DNA from: Welwitschia mirabilis
Taxonomy: Eukaryota
Assembly (NCBI GenBank): GCA_051453625.1
Contig: JBOZIK010000001.1
Location: 17,068,336-17,127,050 of the forward strand
Reading direction: 5' to 3'
DNA: 58,715 bases
The position numbers were made by a program, and so were the translations under genes. Below the pieces are notes generated by a model. It worked only from the letters and a program-made list of their open reading frames with translations. It did not search any database and was not told where the DNA came from. Of the stretch, positions 12,690 to 26,600 are shown in pieces (within the stretch, counting starts at the first letter, position 1; each line of letters opens with the position of its first letter).

Positions 12690-15600
12690 ATTTGAGTATT
12701 GAATTTTTCATTATTTCCTCTAGCTTCTAAGTAGTTTCATTAATAGTATGATTACTACACTTTATCTTTACTTGATGGACCTTCTTATTTTGTAAATTGA
12801 TCATTCATTGATATAGCATTGCTTCTAGCTTTTGTATAATTGAATTATTTAGTTTTTAATGGATATGAGGTAATTAAACACATGATAAGGATGTATAATA
12901 TAATTCCTTAGCATACATACATAGAAAACATCATGCATGTATAATAAATGAATTAAAACAATCTTAGAGGTAATAGGTTCAATTCTTTTGAATATTTTAA
13001 ATGGTCCAATAAATCGAGGAGATAATTTTAATATATTAACTCCTCTCATTACTAATTTCATTAGTAACATTTTAAGAAATACATCATCATGTATTTTAAA
13101 CTTAACATCTCTTCTTCAATAGTCTACATATATCTTCTGCCTATCTGCTGCTGTGTTAAGTTTATTCTTAATGATCCTTATTTTGCTTTTTATTTATTAT
13201 AATATTTCTAGTCCTATAATTAATCTTTCTTTACATTTTATCCATGTAGTGTGTACTCTACATTTTATACCATACAGGGCTTCAAATGTATCATTTTAAT
13301 TGAACTTTAATAACTACTACAATATACAAATTACACTAATGGTAGGTGCTCTTTCCAACTTTTAGAATTATCTAGAATACATGCTCTAAGAAGATCTTCC
13401 AAGTTTTGATTAATTCTTTTAGTCTAATCATATGTTTAAGGATTAAAATTTAGTACTCATATTTAACTTAATTTCTAAATTCATGTTTAATTCTTATCAA
13501 TATTTAAAAGTGAATTTTAAATTTTTATTAAAGATAATCACTTAAAACACACCCTGCAAATAAAAAATTTTTTAAATATATACTTTAAATATGTCCTTAG
13601 CATCATAAGTATATTTAACTACAATGAAATATACTAACTTAGTTATTCTATTAATTATCAATATGATAGAGTTATTATCTCTTTGCATTTTTGGAAGTTT
13701 CACAATAAAGTTCATGCAAATCATGTCCAATTTCTATCTTAGAATATCATGAGGATAAAGTAATCCTATTGGATTTCTATGTTCTTCCTTAACTCAATGA
13801 TAATTAAGGCACCTTGATACAAACTCTACTATATCCTTTTCCATTCCTGACCACCAAAATTTTTGTTTTATATTTTAATATATTAGTTTCTCTAGGATGG
13901 TCCTACTATAAGTGGACTATGAAATTAAAACATTAGCATATATCTAAATCCATTCACATTAGGAACTAAAAATCTTCTCTTAAATCTAATACTGTCATTT
14001 GAATTAATACTAAAATGCTTTGAATATATTAATTTTTCTAATTGGTTTTTTAATTTTTGATAATTCTTGTATTTTTTATCCTTCTAAAATAATGGTAGAA
14101 AGTTTGCTTTTAATTTCCATGATTACTTTGAGATAACCTTATATACTAAGAGCATCTATAACATTATTTCCCTTACCTTATGGTATAAAATCACTATATC
14201 AAAATCATATAAAAATTTTGTCCATTTTAGTTGCTTAAGGTTTAAGTTTAGTTAAATAAAAATGTATTTTATACTCTTATGATCTATCTAAACTTAAAAC
14301 TTTATATCATAAAGATAATTCCTTTATAGCATTAAAGCAAAAATTACTGCAACTGATTCATGATTATGAACAGGATAATTTCTCTTATAAGTTTTAATTT
14401 ATCTTAATATATAGGCTATTATTGTTTTATCTTATTTAAGAAATACTCTAAAATATTTTCAAAATAAATTAATATAGATTGAAAAGATCTTTAAATCATC
14501 TAATATTACTAAGATTAGCTAATTAGTTAAGCATCTTTTAAGATGATCAAATGATTATTGATATTTTTTAATCTATTGGAAGTCTTTAGTTTTTTTTTAA
14601 AATGGTTTTTAATGAATAATTTATCTTAGATAAGTTGAAGATGAATTGATATAGTACCCAATAATACAAAGAAATCTTCAAACCTCATTAATATTTGTAG
14701 ATGTTTACCGTTTTATAATTGCTCTAACTTTATCTTAATGCATTGATATACCTTTCTTGGATATTAGATGACCTAGAAATTGAATGGATTCATTATAAAA
14801 AGAGCATTTTTCTATGTTATCATATAATTGGTGATTCGATAAAGTTTGTAATATTATTCTAAAGTGTTTCTCATGCTCTTCATGAGTCTTGGAATAAATG
14901 ATAATACCAGCAATAAATACTATTACGAAAAAACCAATATCTGGTTAAAAGGATATAATTCATAAAACTTATAAATATTGCATAAGTATTAGTTAAATCA
15001 AAAGGCCTAATGTTAAACTTTTAATATCCATAACTAGTTCTAAATACTATTTTATAAATATCTTCTTTCTTAATTTGAAATTAATGATATTTAGATTTTA
15101 GATCAACTTTTGAGAAAAACTTAGCTTCCTTGAGCTACTTAAAAACATCATCTTTTTTATTATATTATTATTTAGATATATATATTAATACATAATCTTG
15201 GTATTTCATCTTTCTTCTTTATAAATAATACAAGTGATCCTTATAGTAATACATTAGAATAAATGCAGCCTTTTTATAAGAGTTCTTCAGGACAAATTTT
15301 TAATTCTCTTATTTTTTGGGAGACATTTTATATGGTACCTTAGAAATTGATTAGGTTCCTTAGATCAATTCACCAAAAAGCTTAACTTCTCAAAGGGTAC
15401 CATTCCTAGCAATTATATTATAAATATATCAAGATATTCTTGGACTAGTGATATATTCTTTATTAAAGTTTCTCCTTCCTTTAAGCTGATTGATTTTAGC
15501 TAGAGCATATAAATTAGTTATTCCCTCTTACATATTCTTTTTGTATACTTTACTTTAATTAAATTATCCACTAATAATTTGTAATAAAATTAAAAAATTA

Positions 15601-17128
15601 GTCTTTGACCATAATTCATTATTTCTATTGAGCAGTTTCGCAATTCATAATTGCTTTATTCTATGTTAACCAATTCATGTTTAAAATAATTTTATATTTT
15701 CCTAAGTTAGGAACAATTGGTTGTATCTAAAAATATCCCCTACCTTTGAATAAAGTATAGTTTTGGACTTGCTGATTAACTTTGGACATAGACCCATTTG
15801 CTAGCTTTATGCATTTCTCAATTAAATCATAACATAATTTTTTTCTCACATCAATTCTCAGAGGTATAAATCCATGTATTGCTCCATAATTAAATAAAAT
15901 AGTTACTTCTTTATTATTAATGGAAAATTTACATTCTATGAAAGATCTCTAAAATTATACCTCTTAATTATCTACTACTACTCAAAATTATTCAATTAAT
16001 TGGAAGAAACTTTTTAATCCTTAAGGCTTTTTTAGTTATTATTTAGAAAGGTTTTTATTATGCAATGTACATTCTCTTATGTTATGATTTCCTTTGTGAT
16101 AGTATTAATACCCATTATACTAGTTCTAGTACTGAAGTATTAATACCCATTATACTAGTTCTAGTACTGATACTGACTAGGAATTTGCTGGAAGTTGGAT
16201 CTTTGAGAATACTTATTTGTATAATTTTAATTGACAAAATTTCATTCTTTTTAGTGGATCCTGTCTAGATTGATTAACATTCCTATTCTACTATTACTGC
16301 TACTAATATTAGTTTTGCTAAAATGTTAATTCTTATTTTAATAAGACATTTGTAATCTATTTACCTTAAGGATATGCCCAAAACCAGTTTTGTTTTGCTA
16401 TCTTTGGATTTTATATAGCTTTTGCTAGAATCTTAGATTAAAACATAGATAGTTTAATAGCGATAAAATAAATAAGACTATTAATAAAGATATTTACTTT
16501 AGATTCTTTATCAAGATGAATATGTAACACATATCTTAATAATTCTACAAATTTTCACTAATGAGATGCTATGGTTATAATATGGGCTTGTATTAGATTA
16601 TAGAATTTTATAACCTTTTAGCAATATAAAACTTAGTAATGTATCCTTTCTTAACAATTTACTTAAATTCCTTCCTTGAAAGTTCTAGATCTCACAACTT
16701 GATTATTTTTGTTTTCTATGATAGGTTAGTTCTCCTTACAACATATACATAGCTAAAAAAGCCTTTATAAATTCATCATATCCTAAGGTATTTATAACCT
16801 TTGCAATATCACTTAGCTATGCTTATTCTTTGGAAGAATCTAAACCTCCTACAAACCTTATTAGATTTACCTTAATAAAATGTTAAAATAATCTATTTAT
16901 ACCCACTTTCTTATATTGATTTGTACCATTATTTACTTGTGAGTTTTGATCTTGATTTACTATTTATGACAGGAATTGTATAAATGTATTCATCAATGCT
17001 TCTGGATTATAGTTAAATAGAGATTTATTTCCATCATTAGGTTATTAACTCTCTTGTAAGTTCTCTTGGTTTTGATTACTTAGTGTAACTAACCCAGCCT
17101 CAAGATTTAACTAATAATGAAGAGACAT
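12690..17128 (-). pseudogene. Tekay gag-pol with chromodomain, degenerate
   Basis: KLSPRFIGPFKI...HDVFYVCMLR (ORF 12849-13070); chromodomain-like VKIKCSNHTINETT*KLEEIM (~12710-12771); RT FVIVFIAGIIIYS (decayed FIDD, ~14892-14930); protease LFNYGAIHGFI (~15870-15900). Confidence 0.88.
16101..16170. repeat. Perfect 35-bp tandem duplication
   Basis: agtattaatacccattatactagttctagtactga occurs twice in tandem. Confidence 0.95.
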
Positions 17129-18093
17129 CTGAAAGAAGTGGAAATTTTTATGAGATTACATTTAGAAAGAATATAAATATTGTTAAAGGTTAAACTTAGA
17201 AATATTTTTAAGATTCTAGGAATGATATGGTTTACATTATGAGGTGATTGATCATTTTTTATAACTTAAAGTACATAATTAAGTTTTTCTACTTTCTTAA
17301 TTTTCAATAAGTAAGGTTCATAAGTTATGAATATGGGGTTTTCAATTTGAGGTCACGTGACTACCTACTCTAGGATGAATAACTTAGTTGGATATTTGAT
17401 TATTTATAGAGGTATCTAATTATAAGGTATTATTTTATGCATTTATATTTCTTGCAAAATGTTAAGCTCTTTAATAAATCATATAAGACCATTATCCTAA
17501 ATTCTTAAGATAAGTGTAATTCTTCTAAGTGATTCTTATCTTAAGCTATAATGTAATAGGTTCTCTAATAAATTAAATTCATCATCCTTTTTGATTTATT
17601 TAGGGACTTAGAATTATCATAAATACGATTAGCATAATTATCACATGAGGGTTGGGTTATAGTTAATGTTATGAATACTTTGGATCTATCTCAAATATGA
17701 TCAAGTTCTAGGATTATTAAGATGCTAAGATTATTGTTAGTGTATTCCTTGTAGTTATTATGATTGATATGGATCTGATTTGATGTATATTTAGGAAGTA
17801 AGAAAATTATAGATATGATCAAAATTATTACTATTGGGAGATATGATTAAATTCATGCTTATCTAAGAGTTAGAATTATCTTAGGATCTAGTATTATCAA
17901 GGATATAATTTATTTTACTTATGATTTAAGATTATTAGGGATATAATAAACTTTATAGCTTTTAGGAATTAAGGTTGTTATAGTTACAACTAACTTTAAG
18001 ATTATTAAGGAAATAGATTGTTAAAGAAAGAATTAGATTTATATTATTAAAAATTTATAAGTGCTTAACATAGTTATGATTTAAGTTAACATA

Positions 18094-18105
18094 GCTCTGA
18101 TACTA
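18094..18105 (-). other. Primer binding site (tRNA-Met type)
   Basis: Minus strand TAGTATCAGAGC versus canonical TGGTATCAGAGC. Confidence 0.85.
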
Positions 18106-19567
18106 ATTTACAATACCCTCTCTTTTATTATCCTAATTAAGTACTATAGTTGTATTAATTTGTTTTCTTTTCTCTTTCTTTATTATTTAATATTAATATA
18201 AAATAAACACAGTGGAATATAGGATCAAAATTTACTTATTTCTTTATTAGCATATTTATATTTTTAAAAAAAATCATATTATTATTATAATTTATCTATA
18301 ATGATTCCTACATTATTTTGGTTTACAAATAATAGAAATGTTATAAGTTTATGTTTTTTATTTCTTCCTAGTTTTTTATTATATATAAAGATATCTTGTA
18401 AATAGTGAAGTAGATGTAAACTTGTCATAAATATAGATGGATAAGTTTAAGGATGCTACCTAACTAGTATAATAGGAGGTTGAAACTCTTATTAATGGCG
18501 TTTCAACTTAATATTAGTCAATTCATCATATGTAAGTTGATTTTACTTTAGATTCTAAACTATAAAAACATCACTGGAATCAACTCTATAGGATTACACT
18601 TTATCTTGATACAACTTCAATATAGGTAACAAGTGATATGTGAGGTGTATGCAGACTTATAAATAACCCCCAATTCCTTANNNNNNNNNNNNNNNNNNNN
18701 NNNNNNNNNNNNNNNNNNNNNNNNNNNNNNNNNNNNNNNNNNNNNNNNNNNNNNNNNNNNNNNNNNNNNNNNNNNNNNNNGATACAACTTCAATATAGGT
18801 AACAAGTGATATGTGAGGTGTATGCAGACTTACAAATAACCCCCAATTCCTTGAAACATATTAGAATATTACAATATGACCCATTGATGTCGAGGGCTTA
18901 AGATATTACGTTAAAATAAGTTTATACATGCATACAGTAGGAGAGAAGTGATTAAATCCACTTCTAGAAGGGTATTATTTAAAAAAAAGGAAAAAAAGAA
19001 AAATACATGATGATGAAATCCAAGTATGGGGATGAACATTATTAAGATTATCTTTATTTATTCCTATTTGATGAATACATAATACAAATGAATGTATACA
19101 ATTCTAGATAATGTGGATATTTAATGGATAATTTATGTAATTATGATAATTCTAATCATCATTAGGTTCATTTTATAGAAATAATCATAAAAGAGAAAAC
19201 AAACTTACTAGAACATCTCTATATTCAGAATTACGATAATAAAAATCTAAATAAAGAAAATATTATTTTCTTTTATTTCTTTTAATAATAATAAAAACAT
19301 TAAAAATGTATTAAATCACATCTTAATAATTTACTTAAAGAAACTAATTCATATCTAGAGTTATGCAAATCCTAGGAGAATTCTTCTATGCTTATATGAT
19401 AATCTCCATGGGTTTGTGTAATGAAATAAATAAAAGAAAGTGTAGCTCAAGCATGATTATTAAGACATAATAATTTATCTAAGACTCACATAGATATATC
19501 ATAAGTTAAGAAAATAAATGATAAATCTAAGACTATTCATGTTACTTAAACTATGGAATTGAAAACC

Positions 19568-22500
19568 TATAATATACACTTCTTAGATATTATGGAATTG
19601 TAAAAATTAAGTAGTAATATAAGAACATCTAGATTCAAGCTTGATAGTATAATATCATATACGGTAGTTTAGTTAATTACATCAAAACTAAGTATATATG
19701 ACTTATGATTTCTATAGAAGGAGGGGTGATTTATGCTTAGTTTATTATTAATGTAACCAAGGAAAACAATTAAATAGTACTCATAAATTTCTTCATGTGG
19801 TGCTCAAAACTTCCAAACATGTTATCGTGCTAATATTTTTCCAACCTAGCTAATATTTATATGAATATGATTTTTTATTAAACATGTATAAAATGATTTA
19901 ATTAATTATACCTAACTAGTATTTAAATACCCCTTTAAAACATGTACATTGGTCTTTATGATTTAATAGAAGTCTCACTTAATAAACTACATTAAAAATT
20001 TAGTTACTAGAACTAAGTAAGTAGTTTAGGATTATGAATGAGATTTATTAAGAAAGAGGAAAAAAAGGTAGGTACTACCTATGAAGTTGAACTTAGCACC
20101 TCTTAAACTATCAGGTTTTATGATAACTAATTGAATCATTACTATTAAATTATTTACTTTTGATTTGTAATCATATTTAAAAGAAAGACTTGGCACCTTA
20201 AATTTTATAAATGTTTCTATTAGCCACACATACAATCCTTGATAATGCAAGGAGGGAGAGGTCCACTATCATCCAACCATAGACATTAAAAAGAAGCATT
20301 TACACTAGTGGTTTATTTTTTTATGATATACATGCATGATGGGCATGTATTAGGTGGGAAGAGGGGAGGTATTCTACTATGTGTATCAAAGATTGGCATT
20401 CAAAAGTAAGAGGAGAAAATAACATTGCATTTGCAAGCATCATCGAAAATGTACCTAAGGAAGCAAAGTTTCATTAGAAAGAACAAAAATCATATGGTTA
20501 TAACACAACACTTAGTTTGACGATGGTAGTAAGATAAACAATTATGAAGGGTTGGTGAGAAGATGAATTATTACCATCATTTTATTTGATTTGGCTACAT
20601 AGTTATCAAGAAGAAAAATTCCTAGGAGGAATTGAAAAGAAAAGTTTTAATCTAGGTAAATAGATTAGTTGTAGGAGGGAGGAATGTAGATAGTGAGGAA
20701 GGAAAAGGATCTATTAAAAAAAGAAATTTTAGTAAAGAAGAGAGAGGGGGTTAAGTCTTAAAAGAAAACATGCTTAATAATGTACCTAACACATTATTAT
20801 TGTTTAATTATTTTTATATTTAAGAATGCAAAGTAGAGGCAGGCAAACAACTATGTTGAGTAGTGGTTATAAAAAAATAAGATGAGGGGATTTGGTTAAA
20901 GAAGATGAGATGATACTATATTAAGATTCATTAATAGACAAAAAGTAACAATAGAACATGCATAGGAATAAAGGGCATGCAAATAAAGGAATAGAGGAGG
21001 TAGGACAAGACTTAATAACATAGAAGATGTGAAAGATCATCAAGAAGGTAAGAAAATTTAAGGATGCTAGAGAAAAGAAGATCCAAATTTTTCCTCTATG
21101 AAAAAATGTAATGACAATGGAGAGATGCATTATGAAAGAGAAAGGCGTGTAAGAAATGAGATCATTTTATGAAACAACAACTATGGAAAATGGAGTAGCT
21201 TTGAATGGTAAAGATAGGAAGAGGTAAAAATATGTCTCATGAAAAAACTTCATCAAAATAAAGAAATATGATTACTTATATGGAGGAGGGAGAAGTTATA
21301 ATGAGATACTTAAAGAAAATGGTTTAATTGGAGGTGGGCTAATGAATAGAAATATGATTAGCTGAAGTGGGGTATCTTTTATTCTAGAAAGGTAGTAAAG
21401 AAGAAAGAAAGCCTTATGCCTAGAAGGGGCTTATACCCACTGACTAAGGGCCCATATAATATTTAATAATAACCATTACATTAAGAATAAATTTTTAGTC
21501 ATCAAGCTAAGAATGAATTTCTAGGTAGTTTTCATGTTGTATACAAAAAATTATAATAAGCTTCAAACTTTTAACTTTCCAATAGACATTTAAATAGCTT
21601 AATCATTGTTGCGGTGTGTATTTGTGCAATAGTTCATGTTCAAATTCAATCTTGTTAATTATAATTAAGATGCAAAATACAACACGCTAGTATAGACGGA
21701 GTGATCCGAATGTCNNNNNNNNNNNNNNNNNNNNNNNNNNNNNNNNNNNNNNNNNNNNNNNNNNNNNNNNNNNNNNNNNNNNNNNNNNNNNNNNNNNNNN
21801 NNNNNNNNNNNNNNAGCATTTATCTGTTAGTTTATCTGCAAAACAACTCAAAATACACTATCAAATACACTTAAGTTGGCGTCGCAACAATCATCTATGC
21901 CAATGAGATACTTAGGAATTATTAACTATACATATTAAATATTTTTAGCTACATGTTATTTCAAATATATGATCTATGGCTTAAATTAAGAATACAATAA
22001 ATCTCTAAAACAAACACAAACATATAACTTTTGCATTTTAGGAGAATAAATAAACACATGTAATCATTTTAATAAAAGAAAGATAAATACATTACAAATA
22101 TATGCATATATTTGTAACACTTCTGTAATTCTCAAATAAATCTAAGTATAATAAGTAAAACCATATATACATAACTACTAGAATCTACTAGGACATTCAA
22201 GGTCCTTTAATAAAATACATGCAACTAAACAAATAAGAGCATGAAGGTGATATTCAACTTGTATTACAATATTCAGCCCATTTCTACATCATCATTTATA
22301 GCTTTTTCTACACATGCAAGTATAGTGTAACAACTAAAATCCTTCAGAGTTTCTAGTATAAACCATGGCAAGGAATAGATAGGTATAAGATTCCAAGAAT
22401 AAGGAAGTAATCACAAGAATAATCAGGATGTGATCAATACCTTCTTTAATATAAATAGGAGGAATAAAATCATTATATTTATGCACATTTTTTTCCTTTT

Positions 22501-23606
22501 CTTTTGGAGGTTTGGCTCCATGCCCTTGATACTCACAATAAATGGTGTTACTCTCTGAGGTACAAATAACTAGTTATCTTGGTTAATTCGAATTCTCTTA
22601 TTTAACAATCTCTAATCATGGTCAATTATCTTCATACGTTATACATAGATAATTCATAATAAGCTTGTTAATAAAGCTTAATCCAAATTGGGACTAAATA
22701 AGATAGGTATAGGTTTTATGATGTATAATATCATAAGAAACTATGATACAAGGGGTACAAAATAAGAACAAAATTTGTAAACTCCAAAATGATATTATAA
22801 GATTCTAACAAAATCTTTATAAGATACTAAAATCATGTAAGTATTACAAGTAAAAAAAGAAATGGAAAAACAAGATCATACAAGAAATAAATTAAGCCTT
22901 GAATCATACCCAAAATTAGAGGAAGACTTATGGGCTTATAAATTTTCCTTAGTCTCCCAAGCTCCAAGGTAAAAATAACCAAGATGCAATTAAAGAGGAT
23001 TTATCAAGATATTCAATAAGAAATAAAGAAAGTCCTATTTATAGTAAGAGGATGTAGGAATGTGAGGAGACACAAGGACATGAAGAGATATCATCATAAG
23101 AAGAAGGTAATGGAAATTTCATAACCTCTAACCATTACTTTTCCTAGCCACTAGATGAATTAACATTCCATCATAACAATAAATAATTATGCTCATCTTT
23201 TCCACTACTTTTAATTATTACAATAAGGAATTAAAATAGCCACTGAGTGAGTAATTCCAATAACTACATGAAAATATTTTTCATAATGAATAAATATTAA
23301 ATAAAGTAAAATGATAGTTAACAAAGAAAATAATATTAATACGATAACTAATTTAGCCACTAATTTAATCACTAAAGATTATAATTAAATTATGAAGGAA
23401 TTACAATAAAAATAATATTAAATTATCAATAAATGTCAACAAAAATAATATTATGGCTATTACAAAAAATTTCAGAATATACTTACTTCTTAATAGTAAG
23501 AAAATAATTATAATAATTAAATTAGCTTAGTGGACTCTATAATAATAAATTATTTTAAATTACTTTTTAAACTAAATCTTTAAATCTTTAAAGTGTAGAT
23601 ATTACA
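19568..23606 (-). repeat. 3' LTR region of Tekay element B (long, possibly composite)
   Basis: Left end matches the PBS-adjacent LTR end at 28054 and the right end abuts the PPT. TATA-like cctatttatag (minus strand CTATAAATAGG) at ~23034-23044. Confidence 0.7.
21607..21889 (-). mobile_element. Athila-like LTR (solo, or an element collapsed in the gap) with 5-bp TSD ATCAT
   Basis: atcat|TGTTGCGG...GTCGCAACA|atcat. Both visible ends are very similar to 56856-57981. Contains a 100-N gap. Confidence 0.9.
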
Positions 23607-23649
23607 TTTATTCATTTCTTAAAAGTTTCCTCCTAGAAACTCATTATTA

Positions 23650-26600
23650 GTTTAGGTTTCCACTATAAGATGTCATTTTATAATTCCCATGTTGCCTCCT
23701 CTTTTGTTGTTTTTAATTATTTAATCTTACATAACTAAATTGTATGTGCTTGAAGTGCCATTTCTTTTTTATCAAATAGTTTTATTAGTTGAGGTTCTAT
23801 GATACAATGAGAAAAAAGAGTTATATCTTGATCTGGGATAACCTTGATTTCATATAAATTACATTTCCTCAATAATGATACATGGAAAACATTATGAAAC
23901 ATGGATAGCTATGGGACTAGAGTTAATCTGTCAATTATAGATAGAATTCTCCTAGTAATTTGATANNNNNNNNNNNNNNNNNNNNNNNNNNNNNNNNNNN
24001 NNNNNNNNNNNNNNNNNNNNNNNNNNNNNNNNNNNNNNNNNNNNNNNNNNNNNNNNNNNNNNNNNATTTGATATGGTTCAATAAATCTTGAGTCTAGTTT
24101 ACCTTTTTTACCAAATCTAAAAACTCCTTTAAATAAAAACACTTAAGAAATACATGATCTTCTTCTTGAAATTTTACATGCCTTCTATGTTGATTTCCAT
24201 ACTCTATCTATCTATCCTTAACTATGTGAAGTCTCTTCCCTAATCTTCTCTTCTAAATGTTGAGTGGATAAAACTTGTAATATTTTCTTGTCTGATATGT
24301 CAAACTAGGATACTATAGTTCTACATGCTCTTGCATACAAGGCTTTAAATGATACACATTCGATTGATTCTTGATAACTATTATCATAAGTAAATTCTAC
24401 TAGTAATAAATGATTTGTTCAAGATCCTCAAAAGTCTAATATAACTAATCTTAATAAATCTTCTAATATTTGATTTATTTCTTTAGTTTACTTATGAGTT
24501 CAAGGATGAAAAGCTATATGAAATGATATCCAAAATCGAGATGTAAATTTACTATCTTGGTCTAAAATTATTACTTAGGAAATCCATGAAGTTTAAAAAC
24601 ATTTTTAACATAATCTCTTATAATTCATTTATCTTTGTTAGTTGTTTTTACTGAATAAAAATGTACACTCTTAGTCAAGAGATTTACTATGACCAAAATA
24701 TAATTATGTCCTTCTTTGATCTAAGGAAAATTTATAATAAAATCCATGTGTACTATTTTCCATTTTCATTCTAGAACATTATGGAAAAATAAAAGTATTG
24801 TTAAGTGTTTATGTTCTACCTTTACTAACTGATAAGTCATGCACTTATATATGTAGTGAATTATTTCTAACTTCATTCCAACTACCAATAAAACTACTTA
24901 ATATTCTTATACATCTTATTAACTCTTAGATAAATAACATATATAGCTGCATGAAACTCTTTCAAGATTATGTATTTAATTCATACCACATCAAGTACCA
25001 CAATCTCTTTTAAATAGCATATCAACTAGTCTTTTGAGATTGTAAATCCTTCTATTTTAGTTTATCTGAATCTCTTAAATAAGTGACAATTTCGTTATGC
25101 ATCATAAATCATATGTTGTAAATCACTATCTACTACAAGTTAAAGAGTGCATGCCTTCTTTGACTTAAAGCATCCATGGCTTCATTTACCTTTCTTACAT
25201 GATAGTTCACTATTAGATGATAATAGTGTAAAAATTTCATCCATCATCTTTGTGTAAAATTCATATTAGATTATATGTGAATGTACTTTAGACTCTTATG
25301 ATCTATCCAAATTTATATCTGTTCACCATAAAGAAAATCCCTTCAAATTTTTAATGCATGTCTAATTGCTGCTAGCTCTAAGTAATGAACAGGAAAATTT
25401 TTCTTGTGATTATTTAACTATCTAGATGCATTACCTTTTTGTATTAAAACCACTCCTAAGCTTCACCTAAGGCATATGTCTGAACTGTGTAAGGTTCCCT
25501 TGGCCCTAGCATTCTCAAAGAGGTGCAGAGATAAGATTTGATTTTAATGTTTGAAAAGATTGATCACATTATTATATTTATTTAAACTAGTTATTCATTC
25601 TTAATAAGTAGAATAAGTAGAAGATACTTTAGAAACATTTACAATAAACCTTTTATGATATCCTACAAGGCCAAGAAAACTCTTTACTTCTAATACTGAC
25701 TTAGGTTTAGACTAGTCCATAATAGCTTAAAAATTATCTTCATCCATACTAATTTCTCCTTTTGAAATGATATGAATTAAGAATTTAACTTTAGATAACC
25801 AAAAATCACACTTATTAGAATTAACATAAAAGTGATTTCTTTATAATGTATCCAATACTATTTTCAAATGCTACTTATAAGTCTCTTTGTTTATAGAATA
25901 CATTAAAACATCATCAATAAACACCAAAATGAAATCATGCTAATAAGCTCTAAAAATATTATTCATTATTATCATGAATGCTTCTAGTGCATTAGTAAGG
26001 CCAAACAAAACTACTCTAAATTCTTAGTACCCATACCAAGCTTTAGAGGCTATTTTAAAGACATATTCTTCCTTAATTTTAAGTTAATAATACTTGGACT
26101 TAAGATCAATTTTGTAAAATAATTTTACACAATTAAATTAATCAAATAAATCCTCTATCCTAGAGAGGGGATAGCTATTACTTATAGTGACTTTATTTAA
26201 CATCTTATAGTCCACACAAGGTATCAAACTACCATCCTTCTTTTTAACAAAAAGAACTGTGCAATCATAATGATATGCTCAGCGTAATCAGTTCCTTATC
26301 TAATAGTACAATTATTTAAGTCTTTAACTCTACTAGTTTCTTAGTAAATATTTTTTAGGATGCTCTCCAGATTGGTTTAATTCTAGGCTTAAGATATATC
26401 TTAAAACTTCATTTCTAATTAGTGGATAACATAGTAACTATTCAAGAAATAACTATGCATATCCTTTTGTTATTTGTATGTTCGAAATCATCTTTTGAGA
26501 TTTGAGGAAAAGCAAAAAATTAACTATTTAATAAATTATCTTTCTCTTTACTTCCTTTATCATTTGCTTCTTACTTATCAATATTTTAGTAGTGGAATTA

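Larger units (their letters stand above)
12165..19567 (-). mobile_element. Ty3/gypsy chromovirus (Tekay/Del), element A; both LTRs interrupted by other elements
   Basis: 3' LTR starts TGTCATAACC at 12600 after the PPT ATAGGAGGA. PBS at 18094-18105. 5' LTR end at ~18109 (tacaataccc). Domain order gag-PR-RT-RH-INT-chromodomain. Confidence 0.88.

Noticed and set aside
18608-18853. ~73-bp direct repeat on both sides of a 100-N gap
   Set aside because: The copies abut the gap and differ at two positions. This is typical of unmerged overlapping contig ends, so probably an assembly artefact.
20230-21350. Purine-rich stretch in the Tekay B LTRs as a captured gene
   Set aside because: I could not recover a recognisable protein motif or a frame shared with the 28700-29839 copy by eye.
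23958-24073. atttgata repeated across a 100-N gap (possible TSD)
   Set aside because: Merging the overlap restores a continuous integrase C-terminal frame (FIEPYQITRRI...). Most simply a negative gap, although a hidden insertion cannot be excluded.
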